NCBI RefSeq assembly: GCF_008065095.1
Contig: NZ_CP042911.1
Coordinates: forward strand, 7,800,001 to 7,832,000
DNA length: 32,000 bases
Direction of reading: 5' to 3'
Source of the DNA: Gemmata obscuriglobus
Lineage (GTDB): Bacteria; Planctomycetota; Planctomycetia; Gemmatales; Gemmataceae
Shown here: in pieces, positions 7,121 to 16,598 of the stretch
Layout of the letters: each line of letters opens with the position of its first letter
Position numbering within the stretch: the stretch's first letter is position 1
The notes under the pieces: generated by a model
What the model was told of the DNA's origin: nothing
The model's database searches: none
What the model saw: only the letters and a program-made list of their open reading frames with translations
Made by a program: the position numbers and the translations under genes

Positions 7121-8431
7121 TCACTTGCGCAGCACTTCCAGGTCTTCCCAGAACCCCGGGTACGTCTTCGCGACACAGCCCGGGTTCCGAATGACAACTC
7201 CGGGCACCTTGAGGCCCACCAGCGCCAGACTCATCGCCATTCGGTGATCGTTGTACGTGTCGATCGCGCAGCCCTTGAGCGGGCGCGGGGTGATCGTGAG
7301 CCCGTCTTCGCGCTCCTCGACTTCGGCCCCGAGCTTGCGCAGTTCGATCGCGAGCGCCGCGATGCGGTCCGTTTCCTTGTGGCGGATGTGGGCGACGTTG
7401 CGGACGGTCGTGGGGCCGTCGGCGAACAGTGCCACCGCCCCGAGCGTCATCACCGTGTCGCTGATGTCGTTCATGTCCACATCGACCCCGCGGAGCGGGC
7501 CGCCGTGAACGGTGATCCCGCCATCGTTCTCCTCGATCCGACAGCCCATTTGTCCCAGCACGTCGACGAACCGCACGTCCCCTTGCAGCGACGCCCGGTT
7601 CAGCCCGCGCACCGTAACGCTCCCGCCAAGAACCGCCGCCGCGGCCCAGAAATAGGAAGCGGCTGAGGCGTCCGGCTCGATGTCGTACCGCTCGCGGTGC
7701 CCGCGCTGGGGCTCGATGCGGTACGCGTTGGGGGCCACGCGGTCGACACGGATCGCCCAGCTTTCGAGCATCCGCACCGTCATCTCGATGTACGGTTCGG
7801 ACACGACCGTGCCGTCCAGGTGGACGATCGTGGCCGGGTGCTCGGAGCTGGCGCGGGCGAACGGCACGGCCATCATCAGCGCGCTGAGGAACTGGCTGCT
7901 CTTCGCGACCTTGATGTGAACCGGCCCGGTGCGCAGCCCGTTCGCCTCGATCACCACCGGGGGGCACCCGTTACCGCTTTCGCTGGTCGCGTTCACCCCC
8001 AGCGCACGCAGCGCGGAGAGCAGATCCTCGATCGGCCGCTCGCGCATGCGCGGGATGCCGTCGAGCCGGTACCGCCCGGCCCCGAGGCTCACCATCGCGG
8101 CGAGGAACCGCATCGACGTTCCGGAGTTGGCGACGAACAGGTCGGCGCGGTCGGCCGGGATCGTCCGCGGCGTCGGGTTCGTGACCCGAACGGTGTTCGT
8201 CGCCCAGTCCTCGTGAACCGAGTAGCCGAGCTGGGCGAGCGCGCCGAGCATCACCTCGGTGTCCTCGCTCCGAAGGACGCCCCGCAGTTCGCACGGCGCG
8301 TCCCCCTTCGCCAGCGCCGCGAGCACCAGCGCGCGGTTGGTGATGCTCTTGCTGCCCGGGACCGTGACGGTCGCGCTCACCGACCGGGCGAGCGGCTGGA
8401 TTTCGAGTTCGGCAGGGTACGTGTGCGACAT
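7121..8431 (-). CDS. aroA: 3-phosphoshikimate 1-carboxyvinyltransferase (EPSP synthase)
   Basis: 436 aa. The N-terminal signature VTVPGSKSITNRALVLAALA and the overall length and layout are typical of AroA. Confidence 0.92.
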   Translation of the reverse strand: MSHTYPAELEIQPLARSVSATVTVPGSKSITNRALVLAALAKGDAPCELRGVLRSEDTEVMLGALAQLGYSVHEDWATNTVRVTNPTPRTIPADRADLFVANSGTSMRFLAAMVSLGAGRYRLDGIPRMRERPIEDLLSALRALGVNATSESGNGCPPVVIEANGLRTGPVHIKVAKSSQFLSALMMAVPFARASSEHPATIVHLDGTVVSEPYIEMTVRMLESWAIRVDRVAPNAYRIEPQRGHRERYDIEPDASAASYFWAAAAVLGGSVTVRGLNRASLQGDVRFVDVLGQMGCRIEENDGGITVHGGPLRGVDVDMNDISDTVMTLGAVALFADGPTTVRNVAHIRHKETDRIAALAIELRKLGAEVEEREDGLTITPRPLKGCAIDTYNDHRMAMSLALVGLKVPGVVIRNPGCVAKTYPGFWEDLEVLRK

Positions 8432-8441
8432 GCGGCTATTA

Positions 8442-9233
8442 TCACGAACGGCTCGCGTCTGTCTCCCCTGGCGCCGGGCGATCGGCGCCGGATTCCGGGT
8501 AGGTCACGCGCATCAGGAACAGCCCTTCCGGCGGCGCGGTGGGGCCGGCGAGTCGGCGGTCCATCGCGTGGAGCACGTCGGCGATCTGCGTTTCGGGCCA
8601 GAACCCGCGGCCGACCTGCACCAGACTCCCGGCGATCGCGCGCACCATGTTGTAGAGGAAGCCGTTCGCCTCCACGTCGATCCAGATGCACTCGCCGAAC
8701 CGGTTCACGCTCAGGTGCGTGATGGTCCGCACGCTGGTGAGCCGGTTCGGCCACTCCGTCTCGAAGCAGCGGAAGTCGTGGCGCCCCACCAGGCACCGGG
8801 ACGCCCGCGCCATGGCTTCGGCGTTCAGGTGCTGGCGGACGAACCACGCGTACTTCCGCAAGAACGGGTCTTGCAGCCGGCCGTCCTGCACGACGTAGCG
8901 GTACATCTTCCGCACCGCGTCCTTGTTCGCGCAGAAGCTCTGCGGGGCCTCGGTCACCTCGCGCACGCCGACGTCTTCGGGCAGCTTCGCGTTGATCGCC
9001 TTCAGCAGCACCGCGCACGAGAGTTTGGACGCGGTGTACACGTTCGCGACCTGGCCGACCGCGTGGACGCCCGAGTCCGTGCGCCCGCTACAGTTCAGGC
9101 GCACGCGCGGCTCGCGCGTGATCTCCGCGATGGCTTTTTCGACGGTCTCTTGAACCGTGCGCCGGCCGGGCTGCGTCTGCCAGCCGAAGAAGTCGGTCCC
9201 GTCGTAGCGGATGATGAGTTTGAGGTTACGCAT
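8442..9233 (-). CDS. truA: tRNA pseudouridine(38-40) synthase
   Basis: 263 aa. Reads MRNLKLIIRYDGTDFFGWQTQPG... and carries the catalytic-Asp motif GRTDSGVHA. Its stop is 10 nt upstream of the aroA start. Confidence 0.92.
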   Translation of the reverse strand: MRNLKLIIRYDGTDFFGWQTQPGRRTVQETVEKAIAEITREPRVRLNCSGRTDSGVHAVGQVANVYTASKLSCAVLLKAINAKLPEDVGVREVTEAPQSFCANKDAVRKMYRYVVQDGRLQDPFLRKYAWFVRQHLNAEAMARASRCLVGRHDFRCFETEWPNRLTSVRTITHLSVNRFGECIWIDVEANGFLYNMVRAIAGSLVQVGRGFWPETQIADVLHAMDRRLAGPTAPPEGLFLMRVTYPESGADRPAPGETDASRS

Positions 9234-9242
9234 TCAAGAGAT

Positions 9243-9437
9243 TTCACCGCAGAGGGCACGAGAGGGCGCGGAGAGAAGACCAAGGACTTCCGGGTCAAAA
9301 GTCGTCAGTCAGCAAGTCGTAAAGTCACAAGCCATTATTAAAACTGGGTTTGTGGCTTTATAACTTTCTGATGATCGGGCTTTTGACCCGAAGTCCTTGG
9401 TCTTCTCTCCGCGCCCTCTCGTGCCCTCTGCGGTGAA
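9243..9437. repeat. About 195-nt extended hairpin element between asd and truA
   Basis: Arm 1 is 9243-9301, ttcaccgcagagggcacgagagggcgcggagagaagaccaaggacttccgggtcaaaag. The reverse complement of arm 2 (9380-9437) is identical except for a single 1-nt indel. The interior (9302-9379) is lower-GC and partly self-complementary. Internal tandem motif AGAGGGCNCG. It ends 10 nt upstream of the truA start. Confidence 0.85.
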
Positions 9438-9456
9438 CACTGCTTTTTCTGTTCGG

Positions 9457-10476
9457 CTACTTCACAATGCCGCGCTTGACCAGCTCCTCGGCGCACTGCA
9501 CCGCGTTGCTGGCCGCGCCCTTGCGGAGGTTGTCGGCGACCACCCACAGGCACAGCGCGTTCGGGTTGCTCGGGTCCTGCCGCACGCGGCCCACGAACGT
9601 GTGGTCGCTCCCCTCGGCGTGGATGGGCTGCGGGAACCGCCCGTCCACGACCTCGTCCATGAACACCACGCCCGGGGCCTTCGCCAGCGCCGCCTTGGCG
9701 TCGGCGACGGAAACGGGGCGGGCGAACTCGACCGTCACTGCCTCGCTGTGGGCCACCTTCACCGGCACGCGGACGCACGTCGGGCAGACCCCGATGGTCT
9801 GGTCGCCGAGGATCTTCCGCGTCTCGTTGATGACCTTGTTTTCTTCTTCCGTGAACCCGTTCGGGTCGAGCGTCCAGTCGAGGGTGACCACGTTCCCCGC
9901 GAGCTGCGCCCGGTGCGCCGTCGGCGCGGGCACCGGCTGGCCCGCGGCCCAGGCGCTCGCCTGCGCCGCGAAGTCCGCGAGCCCCTTGGCGCCCTTACCG
10001 GACGAGGACTGGTAGGTCGCCACCACCACGCGCCGCACCGGCGCGAGGTCGTGCAGCGGCTTCAGCGCCACGCACAGCGGGATGGCGACGCAGTTCGGGT
10101 TCGCGACGATCCCCTTCTTCGCGTTGTGCAGCTCGTGCGCGTTGACCTCCGGCACCACCAGCGGGCAGTCCGGGTCCATGCGCCACGCCGACGAGTTGTC
10201 CACCACGATCGCGCCGGCCTTCGCCGCGATCGGGGAGAACTCCTTGCTGATCGAACTCGGGGTGCTGCTCAGGACGATCTGCACGCCCTCGAACGCCTCG
10301 GCCCGGATCGCCTCGACCGGGTACGGTTTGCCCGCGAACTCGACGGTTTTGCCCGCGCTTTTCTCGGACGCCAGGAATTTGATCGATTTGACCGGGAAGC
10401 TGCGCTCCGCGAGCACCTTCCGGATCAGATCGCCCACGGCACCGGTTGCGCCGACCACCGCCACGTTCACAGGCAC
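9457..10476 (-). CDS. asd: Aspartate-semialdehyde dehydrogenase
   Basis: 339 aa. Rossmann N-terminus MPVNVAVVGATGAVG, an active-site Cys context NPNCVAIPL, and typical length. Confidence 0.92.
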   Translation of the reverse strand: MPVNVAVVGATGAVGDLIRKVLAERSFPVKSIKFLASEKSAGKTVEFAGKPYPVEAIRAEAFEGVQIVLSSTPSSISKEFSPIAAKAGAIVVDNSSAWRMDPDCPLVVPEVNAHELHNAKKGIVANPNCVAIPLCVALKPLHDLAPVRRVVVATYQSSSGKGAKGLADFAAQASAWAAGQPVPAPTAHRAQLAGNVVTLDWTLDPNGFTEEENKVINETRKILGDQTIGVCPTCVRVPVKVAHSEAVTVEFARPVSVADAKAALAKAPGVVFMDEVVDGRFPQPIHAEGSDHTFVGRVRQDPSNPNALCLWVVADNLRKGAASNAVQCAEELVKRGIVK

Positions 10477-10593
10477 TGGAGCACCTCAGTAATTGGAGAA
10501 GTGAGGGACGCCGCCCTCACAGAAACCATATGAAATCTCGTGAACAGCGGGCGCGGTATTGGCGCCCGGCCCGTGGGACGGCGGAGAGACACG

Positions 10594-12060
10594 ATGCGGA
10601 TCGCGATCGGCGGGTTCATGCACGAGTCGAACACGTTCGCCCCACTCCCCACGGACCTGTCGCGGTTCCGCGACGGCAGCCTCACGTACGGCGACGCCGT
10701 GATCCCGAGCTGGCAGGAGGCGCACCACGAGATCGGCGGGTTCATCGAAGGGGGGCGGCGGTTCGGGTTCACCCCGGTGCCGGTCGCGATGGCGTGGGCC
10801 ACCCCGGCCGGCCCGGTGAGCGACGAGTTCTTCGACCACTTCACCGACGCCCTCGTGACCGGGTTCCGGCTCGCCCGGGCGCAGGGCGTGCTGCTCGCCC
10901 TGCACGGGGCGATGGTCACGCCCAGACACCCCGATGCGGACACCGAGGTGCTGCGCCGGGTTCGCGCCGCGCTCGGGCCGAGCGTGCCCCTGGTGGTCAC
11001 GCTCGACTTCCACGCGAACGTCTCGCCGCAGATGGCCGAAGCGGCCGACGCGCTCGTCGGCTACCAGACGTACCCGCACGTGGACCAGCGGCAGCGCGGG
11101 GTGGCCGCGGCCGAACTGGTCGCGCGGGCGGTGGGCAAGGCGGTCCGCCCGGTGTGCCACGTCGCGAAGCCGCCGATGCTGCTGAACCTGCTGGGGCAGG
11201 ACACGGCCCGCGAGCCGATGGCCGGGCTGATGCGGATGGCCCGCGCGATGGAGCAGCAGCCCGGCGTCCTCTCGGTGAGCCTGATGGCCGGGTTCCCCTA
11301 CGCGGACGTGCCCGAGATGGGCGCCAGCGTGATCGTGGTGGCCGACGGGGACCGGACCCGCGCGAAAGCGGCCGCCGACGAGCTGGCGAACGCGATGTGG
11401 GCGGTGCGCGAGCGGCTCAACGTGCCGTGCCCGGCCCCCGAAGAGGCGGTGCGCCAGGCGCTGGCGTGTACGCACCTGCCGGCGCTGCTGATCGACCTCG
11501 GGGACAACATCGGCGGCGGGTCGGCCGGCGACGGGACCGTGCTCCTCGCGGAACTGCTCAAGCAGCGGGCGAAAGGCTTCGTGGTGACGCTTCACGCGCC
11601 GTCGGCGGTGGCGCAGGCCAAGGACGCCGGTGTGGGCGGGCGGGTGGAGGTGAAGGTGGGCGGCAGCACCGGCGCGCTGCACGGGCCGCCGCTGACCGTG
11701 CGCGGCACGGTGCGCTCGCTGCACGAGGGACGCTGGGTGGAGGTGGAGCCGCGCCACGGCGGGAAGCGGCAGAACGACCAGGGCCACACCGCGGTCATCG
11801 ACCTCGCGGACGGGAACCTGCTCGTGGTGAACACGCTCCGCACCCCGCCGTTCAGCCTGGGGCAGCTCACCTCGCTCGGGATCGACCCGAAGCACGTGCG
11901 GGTGATCGTCTTGAAGGCGGCCGTCGCGTACAAGGCCGCGTACGCCCCGATCGGCGGAACCATTATCGAGGTGGACACGCCGGGCCTGACCGCGATCAAC
12001 GCGGCCCGGTTCGAGTACAAACACATTAAGCGGCCGATGTACCCGCTCGACGCGAGCTGA
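10594..12060 (+). CDS. M81 family metallopeptidase (MlrC/microcystinase C-like)
   Basis: Same frame as track ORF 10540..12060. ATG 10594 is preceded by ggagag. MRIAIGGFMHESNTFAP... is the characteristic MlrC-family N-terminus, followed by LALHGAMV and TLDFHANVS. 488 aa. Confidence 0.8.
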   Translation: MRIAIGGFMHESNTFAPLPTDLSRFRDGSLTYGDAVIPSWQEAHHEIGGFIEGGRRFGFTPVPVAMAWATPAGPVSDEFFDHFTDALVTGFRLARAQGVLLALHGAMVTPRHPDADTEVLRRVRAALGPSVPLVVTLDFHANVSPQMAEAADALVGYQTYPHVDQRQRGVAAAELVARAVGKAVRPVCHVAKPPMLLNLLGQDTAREPMAGLMRMARAMEQQPGVLSVSLMAGFPYADVPEMGASVIVVADGDRTRAKAAADELANAMWAVRERLNVPCPAPEEAVRQALACTHLPALLIDLGDNIGGGSAGDGTVLLAELLKQRAKGFVVTLHAPSAVAQAKDAGVGGRVEVKVGGSTGALHGPPLTVRGTVRSLHEGRWVEVEPRHGGKRQNDQGHTAVIDLADGNLLVVNTLRTPPFSLGQLTSLGIDPKHVRVIVLKAAVAYKAAYAPIGGTIIEVDTPGLTAINAARFEYKHIKRPMYPLDAS

Positions 12061-12099
12061 CCGTGCGAACGACTTCACCGGCAGGCAACGACAGGAGAC

Positions 12100-12127
12100 A
12101 TGCGTGCGCAGCACAGGCGGCACGCAT
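12100..12127 (+). terminator. Intrinsic-terminator-like hairpin after the M81 peptidase gene
   Basis: atgcgtgc (12100-12107) pairs with gcacgcat (12120-12127), a perfect 8-bp stem with a 12-nt loop. It is followed by the T-rich stretch cgtatttattgtatt. Confidence 0.5.
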
Positions 12128-12310
12128 CGTATTTATTGTATTGCGCGAAATCTGGCGTCGCACGCATCCGGCAGGCGGGTGCGGAACGCGGTTCGCATAT
12201 TTTTCACGTTGTTTTCAACGTTTCAAACAGGTATTATATATACTCAATCGGCTCTTTTTGTTCGTTTCTTGTAACTGTTCCTCACTCTCCACACTTCTGA
12301 GGTCCGTTCT
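12128..12310 (+). promoter_or_regulatory. AT-rich 5' region of the DUF1559 gene (promoter not mapped)
   Basis: Visibly lower GC than the surrounding genes. Contains TATTATATATA at 12232-12242, and gagg 9 nt upstream of ATG 12311. No confident -35/-10 assignment. Confidence 0.3.
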
Positions 12311-13342
12311 ATGCGCCCGAACTTTATTCGCCGAAGGTCCGCCTTCACACTGATCGAACTGCTGGTGGTGATCGCCATCATTGCGATCCTCATCGGCCTG
12401 CTGCTGCCCGCCGTGCAGAAGGTGCGCGAGGCCGCCGCCCGGATGAGCTGCCAGAACAACCTCAAGCAGCTCGCGCTCGCCTGTCACTCGTACTCGGACA
12501 CCGCCGGCGGCCTGCCCCCGGCCATGATCAACAATGCAGCCGTGTACGCCGACCAGAACGCGTCGTGCAAGCCGAGCGACACGCGGTGGGGGCCGAACTG
12601 GATCGTGTTCATCCTCCCGAACTTCGAGCAGGGCAACCTGCTCACCCAGGCGGTGACCGCGAGCGTCAACTCCCACACCTCGGGCTTGACCACTGACAGC
12701 AACTGGCGGGCGATCGGCGGGACGACGATCAAGACCCTCCTGTGCCCGTCCGACGGGTCCAACCAGACGGCCTCGAACGGGACGATCAGCACCGGCCCGA
12801 CCGGCGGGTGGGCGCGCGGGAACTACGCGGCCAACTGCGGCCCGCAGTGGTTCTACTACACCCTGAACGGGAGCTCCTCGTCCGACAACTACAACCTGAG
12901 CGGCCAGGGGCCGTTCACCGTTGTGACCGGCAGCCGGAAGAGCATGAAGATCGAGCAGATCGGCGACGGCAGCTCCAACACCGTCCTGCTCTCCGAGGTC
13001 CGCTCGGGGGTCGTCTCGGGCGACCCGCGGGGCACCTGGGCCGTCGGCTTCCCGGGCTCCAGCGTGATCGCCGGGCACGGCGTCGGCGACTGCCTGGCGC
13101 CCAACTACAACATCGGCAACGCGGACGACGTGCAGGGGTGCAAGACGGACAACCCGGGCGGCATGAGCTGCTGGGAGACGTGCGGCGCCAGCACCCAGGC
13201 GACCGCCCGGTCGCGCCACACGGGCGGCGTGAACTGCGCGATGGGCGACGGCGGCGTTCGGTTCGTTACCAACTCGATCGACCCGCGAGACTGGTACCTC
13301 ATCAACTCCGCGAGCGACGGGCAGCCGGTCCCCAACTTCTGA
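12311..13342 (+). CDS. DUF1559 domain protein with prepilin-type N-terminal cleavage/methylation domain and H-X9-DG motif
   Basis: 343 aa. The N-terminus [47 protein letters not shown] is the planctomycete DUF1559 pseudopilin-like signature. The C-terminal [12 protein letters not shown] fits H-X9-DG exactly. Confidence 0.9.
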   Translation: MRPNFIRRRSAFTLIELLVVIAIIAILIGLLLPAVQKVREAAARMSCQNNLKQLALACHSYSDTAGGLPPAMINNAAVYADQNASCKPSDTRWGPNWIVFILPNFEQGNLLTQAVTASVNSHTSGLTTDSNWRAIGGTTIKTLLCPSDGSNQTASNGTISTGPTGGWARGNYAANCGPQWFYYTLNGSSSSDNYNLSGQGPFTVVTGSRKSMKIEQIGDGSSNTVLLSEVRSGVVSGDPRGTWAVGFPGSSVIAGHGVGDCLAPNYNIGNADDVQGCKTDNPGGMSCWETCGASTQATARSRHTGGVNCAMGDGGVRFVTNSIDPRDWYLINSASDGQPVPNF

Positions 13343-13473
13343 TCCGCGTTGAGGCGAGCGGATACTTCGTGACACCTGAACCGGGACCTGTGTCCCGGTT
13401 CCTTTCTTTTCTGGTGCCGCCGGGTGTGGCCGTTCCGCCACTTGGTCCCGGCCACCCGAGCGAAGGGCGCATC

Positions 13474-15375
13474 ATGGTCGCCGGTCTCTCCCGCCGTCGA
13501 ACTCGGCTGCTCGTCGGCGTCAGCGTTGCCGCTGTTGCGGGGCTCGTCGCGGTCGGCTTCTATCTCGCCACGCGAGGGGTCGCTGAAGCACCGGACCTGC
13601 GCCGTTTCGTCCGGGCGAAGCCGCCGGTCCCGGTGGTGTTCACCTCCCGGACCGACCCGAGCAGTTTCGCCGCCGCCGCCCCCGAGGCGGAGGGCTTCCG
13701 TTACCCCGGAACGATCCCCTGGGCGTCGGCGGAAGGGCGGCTCCGGCGCCTGGACCCGAACGGCCGGGTGTACGAACTGACGTGGGGGCGGCCGCTCCCC
13801 GACGGGGGAACCCTCATTGACGTGATGAGCCCGACGGTCAGTCCGGACGGGCGGCGCGTGCTGTTCGCCGGCCGACGGGCCGCACCGGACCCCGGACGGT
13901 GGCGGATCTATGAGGTCGAACTGAACGGCGACAACCTCCGACAGTTGACCGGTGGCCCGGACGACCCGGGGTGCGTTTCCAACCCGCCGATGCGGTTCGC
14001 CGCCGATGGCGGTGTGCTCCCCGAGGACGAGCGGCGGCGGTTGGATTACGACGACATCGACCCCGCCGACCGCGGGGACGGTGGGCTGTTGTTCGCCTCC
14101 AGCCGGCTCCCGGACCTCGGCCGCGGGCACGCCCGGCGAGCGACCCAGATTTGGCACCGCCCGCCGGGCGACGCCGCCCCGCACCCGATCACCGCCAACC
14201 GGAACAACGACCGCTGGCCGTTCCCGACGTCCGAGGGGGCCATCTTGTTCAGCCTCTGGAGTCGGAACCAGGAGGCGGTGACGGCCGACGAACGGGACAT
14301 CCAGCCCGTCTCGCCCGGGCGGGCGTTCGCGACGGCCGCGACCGACGTTTGGGTCGGGGCGCGGACGTACACGGACACGGCGCAATTCGGCTACGCCGTC
14401 AAGATCCCGCACCCCGTCTGGCGGCCGCGCCCCACCTTCAACAACCGTGTCGTTTTCATGACCGACTCCCCGACGGCCGGTCGGTATCGGATCGCGCAGG
14501 CGGATTGGGGGTATTTGCGGAACGCGCCGAGCGCGCTGCCCGCGGGCGAGCGGATGCCCCGCCAGTCCGGGGGCGCGTTCGAGTTCGGCCCGGACCGCGG
14601 TCCGGACGGGCGGCCCCTCTCGGCCGCGACGCCGAGCCCCTGCCCGCCGGACGGGGTGCTGTTTTCCGGCGCCGCGCACGACCCGGACCGCGCCCCGCTC
14701 CCGGGGAGCTACGGACTGTACCTGGTGTCGCACGCCTGGGAGTCCGGCGACGGGGGCGCGGGGGAACTGCTGTTCGACGACCCCGGCTACGTCGATGCGG
14801 AACCGGTTGCGGCGTACCCGCGGGTCACGCGGACGCATTTCCCCGAACTGGCCCCGGCCGACACCTCGAACATGCCGGCGTTCCTCTCGCTGCCCGGCCG
14901 GCGGTACAGCGGCCCGCTCGGTCTCGTCCAGAACAACGCGATCCTGCTGGAGGTCAACACCCCGTTCCCGGGCCAGACCACCGACACCGGAAAGCGGTCG
15001 GTATCGGTGCCCCCGACCGGCATCAAACAGATCGCCTTTTACGCTTCCCACCGCGACCGGTTCGATGACCCTCACCTCCCGCGCGTTCCGGGGCGCTGGG
15101 AGAAACTCTTTACCACAGAAGTGCAGTGGGGGGATTTCAAGACGTGGGTTCCCGCGGACCCCAGCGCCCCGACCGTGCTCGCCGGGCTGGGGGCCGACGG
15201 GAAAGTCTTCCGGTGGTCGTCCGGGGTAACCGACTCCGAGGGCCGGTCCGCCTCGTTTTACGCCCTGGCCGGGGACCATTACAGCGGGACGAAGGCCGGC
15301 AAGTACCACTTCTGCTACGGGTGCCATGTCGGGCACACGTACATCGATATCGACATCGGCGAACGGCTGAAGTGA
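13474..15375 (+). CDS. Membrane-anchored TolB/PD40-like beta-propeller protein with C-terminal CXXCH motif (HzsA-like architecture, tentative)
   Basis: Same frame as track ORF 12742..15375, whose first 244 codons overlap the DUF1559 gene out of frame. ATG 13474 gives MVAGLSRRRTRLLVGVSVAAVAGLVAVGFYLA, a positive N-terminus plus one TM. PD40-like strings are present (SPDGRRVLFAGRR...WRIYEVELNGDNLRQLT, LLFASSR, ILFSLWSRNQ). CYGCH is encoded at 15313-15327, 15 residues from the C-terminus. Confidence 0.65.
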   Translation: MVAGLSRRRTRLLVGVSVAAVAGLVAVGFYLATRGVAEAPDLRRFVRAKPPVPVVFTSRTDPSSFAAAAPEAEGFRYPGTIPWASAEGRLRRLDPNGRVYELTWGRPLPDGGTLIDVMSPTVSPDGRRVLFAGRRAAPDPGRWRIYEVELNGDNLRQLTGGPDDPGCVSNPPMRFAADGGVLPEDERRRLDYDDIDPADRGDGGLLFASSRLPDLGRGHARRATQIWHRPPGDAAPHPITANRNNDRWPFPTSEGAILFSLWSRNQEAVTADERDIQPVSPGRAFATAATDVWVGARTYTDTAQFGYAVKIPHPVWRPRPTFNNRVVFMTDSPTAGRYRIAQADWGYLRNAPSALPAGERMPRQSGGAFEFGPDRGPDGRPLSAATPSPCPPDGVLFSGAAHDPDRAPLPGSYGLYLVSHAWESGDGGAGELLFDDPGYVDAEPVAAYPRVTRTHFPELAPADTSNMPAFLSLPGRRYSGPLGLVQNNAILLEVNTPFPGQTTDTGKRSVSVPPTGIKQIAFYASHRDRFDDPHLPRVPGRWEKLFTTEVQWGDFKTWVPADPSAPTVLAGLGADGKVFRWSSGVTDSEGRSASFYALAGDHYSGTKAGKYHFCYGCHVGHTYIDIDIGERLK

Positions 15376-15487
15376 GCGGCGCGCGGGCGTCTGCAAAGCG
15401 GTACTGTTCGCCCCGCCCGCTCCGCAGAGAGAAGCATTTCCGAATTCCCGCGAAGGATTCACGCCGCGCGGGGACAATATCCCCTCA

Positions 15488-16042
15488 ATGAGCACGGCCG
15501 ACGCTGGGCACGAGCGGGCGATTCGCGACGCGGTGCTGGCCGGCAGGTCGGACGCGTGGCACGGGTGGTTCGACGCGCACTACGCCCCCCTCGCGCGCTA
15601 CGCGCGGTGGCGGTGCGGCGGGCTGCCCGACCTCACCGACGACGTGATCCAGGAAACGTGGCTCACCGCCGTGCGCCGGGTGCGCGACTTCGACCCCGCG
15701 AAGGGGAGCTTCTTCGACTGGCTGTGCGGGATTGCGTCCAACGCCGCCCGCAGCGCGGTCCGCTCGCGCTACCGCCGCACGGCCCGGGTTCGTGCCCTCC
15801 AACCGGCCGATGACAGGGCCGCGCCGGACGAGGGCGGGGCGGTCGAACGGGCCGAGCGCGTCGCCCTCGCGCTCGCCGAACTGCCCGAGCGGTACGAGGC
15901 CGTGCTCCGGGCCAAGTACCTCGATCAGCAAGCGGTCGCGGACATCGCCGCGCACCGGAACGAATCGGCCAAGGCGGTGGAATCGCTGCTGGCCCGCGCC
16001 CGCGCGGCGTTCCGCGAGGTGTACGAGAAGTCCCATGACTGA
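15488..16042 (+). CDS. ECF-type RNA polymerase sigma factor (sigma-70 family)
   Basis: 184 aa. The region 2-like part reads DDVIQETWLTAVRRVRDFDPAKGSFFDWLCGIASN. The region 4 part reads LAELPERYEAVLRAKYLDQQAVADIA...AKAVESLLARAR. Confidence 0.88.
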   Translation: MSTADAGHERAIRDAVLAGRSDAWHGWFDAHYAPLARYARWRCGGLPDLTDDVIQETWLTAVRRVRDFDPAKGSFFDWLCGIASNAARSAVRSRYRRTARVRALQPADDRAAPDEGGAVERAERVALALAELPERYEAVLRAKYLDQQAVADIAAHRNESAKAVESLLARARAAFREVYEKSHD

Positions 16043-16598
16043 CCCACTTGATGAACTCCTCGGGCCGCCGGGCGGGGGCGAAACGCCGGGGCTGCGCGAC
16101 GCGCTCCGCCGGCGCACGAGTAACCACCTCGTGTGGGTGAAGTGGCTCCGGCGCGGGGCGAAACTGGCGGGCGCGGCGGCCGTTTTCGCGCTCGGCGTCG
16201 GGGTGGGCGAGTGGCGGGCGCCCGTGCGCGAACGGGTGGTGACCGTGCACGAGGTCGAAACGGTCGCCGTGCCGGTGCCCGTGGTCGTTCCGGTGGGGGG
16301 CGGCGGGGCCGAGCCTGAGTCGCCTGCGCCGGCGCAACCGGTGCTGTCGGCGGGGAGGCTCGAACTGGACGCCGAACAGGCCGACGGTTCGGCCGCCGCC
16401 GCCCTATACCGACGCGCCGGCGATGCCTACCTGACCGCGCGACAGGACTACGCGAACGCGGCCCGCTGCTACCGATTGTTCCTGGATCGCGCCGGAGACG
16501 CGGCACTGGCACCGGAGTCCGGGGATTCCTGGCTGCTCGTTTCGATCAAGAACGCGACTTTCAAGGAGAAGATCTATGCGACGGCTCGTAACGATTAG
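16035..16598 (+). CDS. Putative anti-sigma factor (single-pass membrane protein)
   Basis: ATG 16035 overlaps the sigma stop (ATGACTGA, an 8-nt overlap). It shares the frame of track ORF 15732..16598. 187 aa with one TM (AKLAGAAAVFALGVGVG) about 50 residues from the N-terminus. Position and topology are typical of ECF anti-sigma partners. No ZAS motif seen. Confidence 0.55.
   Translation: MTDPLDELLGPPGGGETPGLRDALRRRTSNHLVWVKWLRRGAKLAGAAAVFALGVGVGEWRAPVRERVVTVHEVETVAVPVPVVVPVGGGGAEPESPAPAQPVLSAGRLELDAEQADGSAAAALYRRAGDAYLTARQDYANAARCYRLFLDRAGDAALAPESGDSWLLVSIKNATFKEKIYATARND

Noticed and set aside
10446-12123. 527-aa (+) and 545-aa (-) ORFs overlapping the M81 peptidase gene
   Set aside because: These are alternative-frame or antisense shadows. 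Only the 10594..12060 frame gives the MlrC-type sequence (MRIAIGGFMHESNTF...). The others are Arg/Gly/Pro low-complexity.
13105-15495. 796-aa minus-strand ORF, the longest in the window
   Set aside because: It is antisense to the DUF1559 3' end and the propeller gene. Its composition is extremely R/P/G/V-rich, with no signal peptide, no motifs and no plausible start context.
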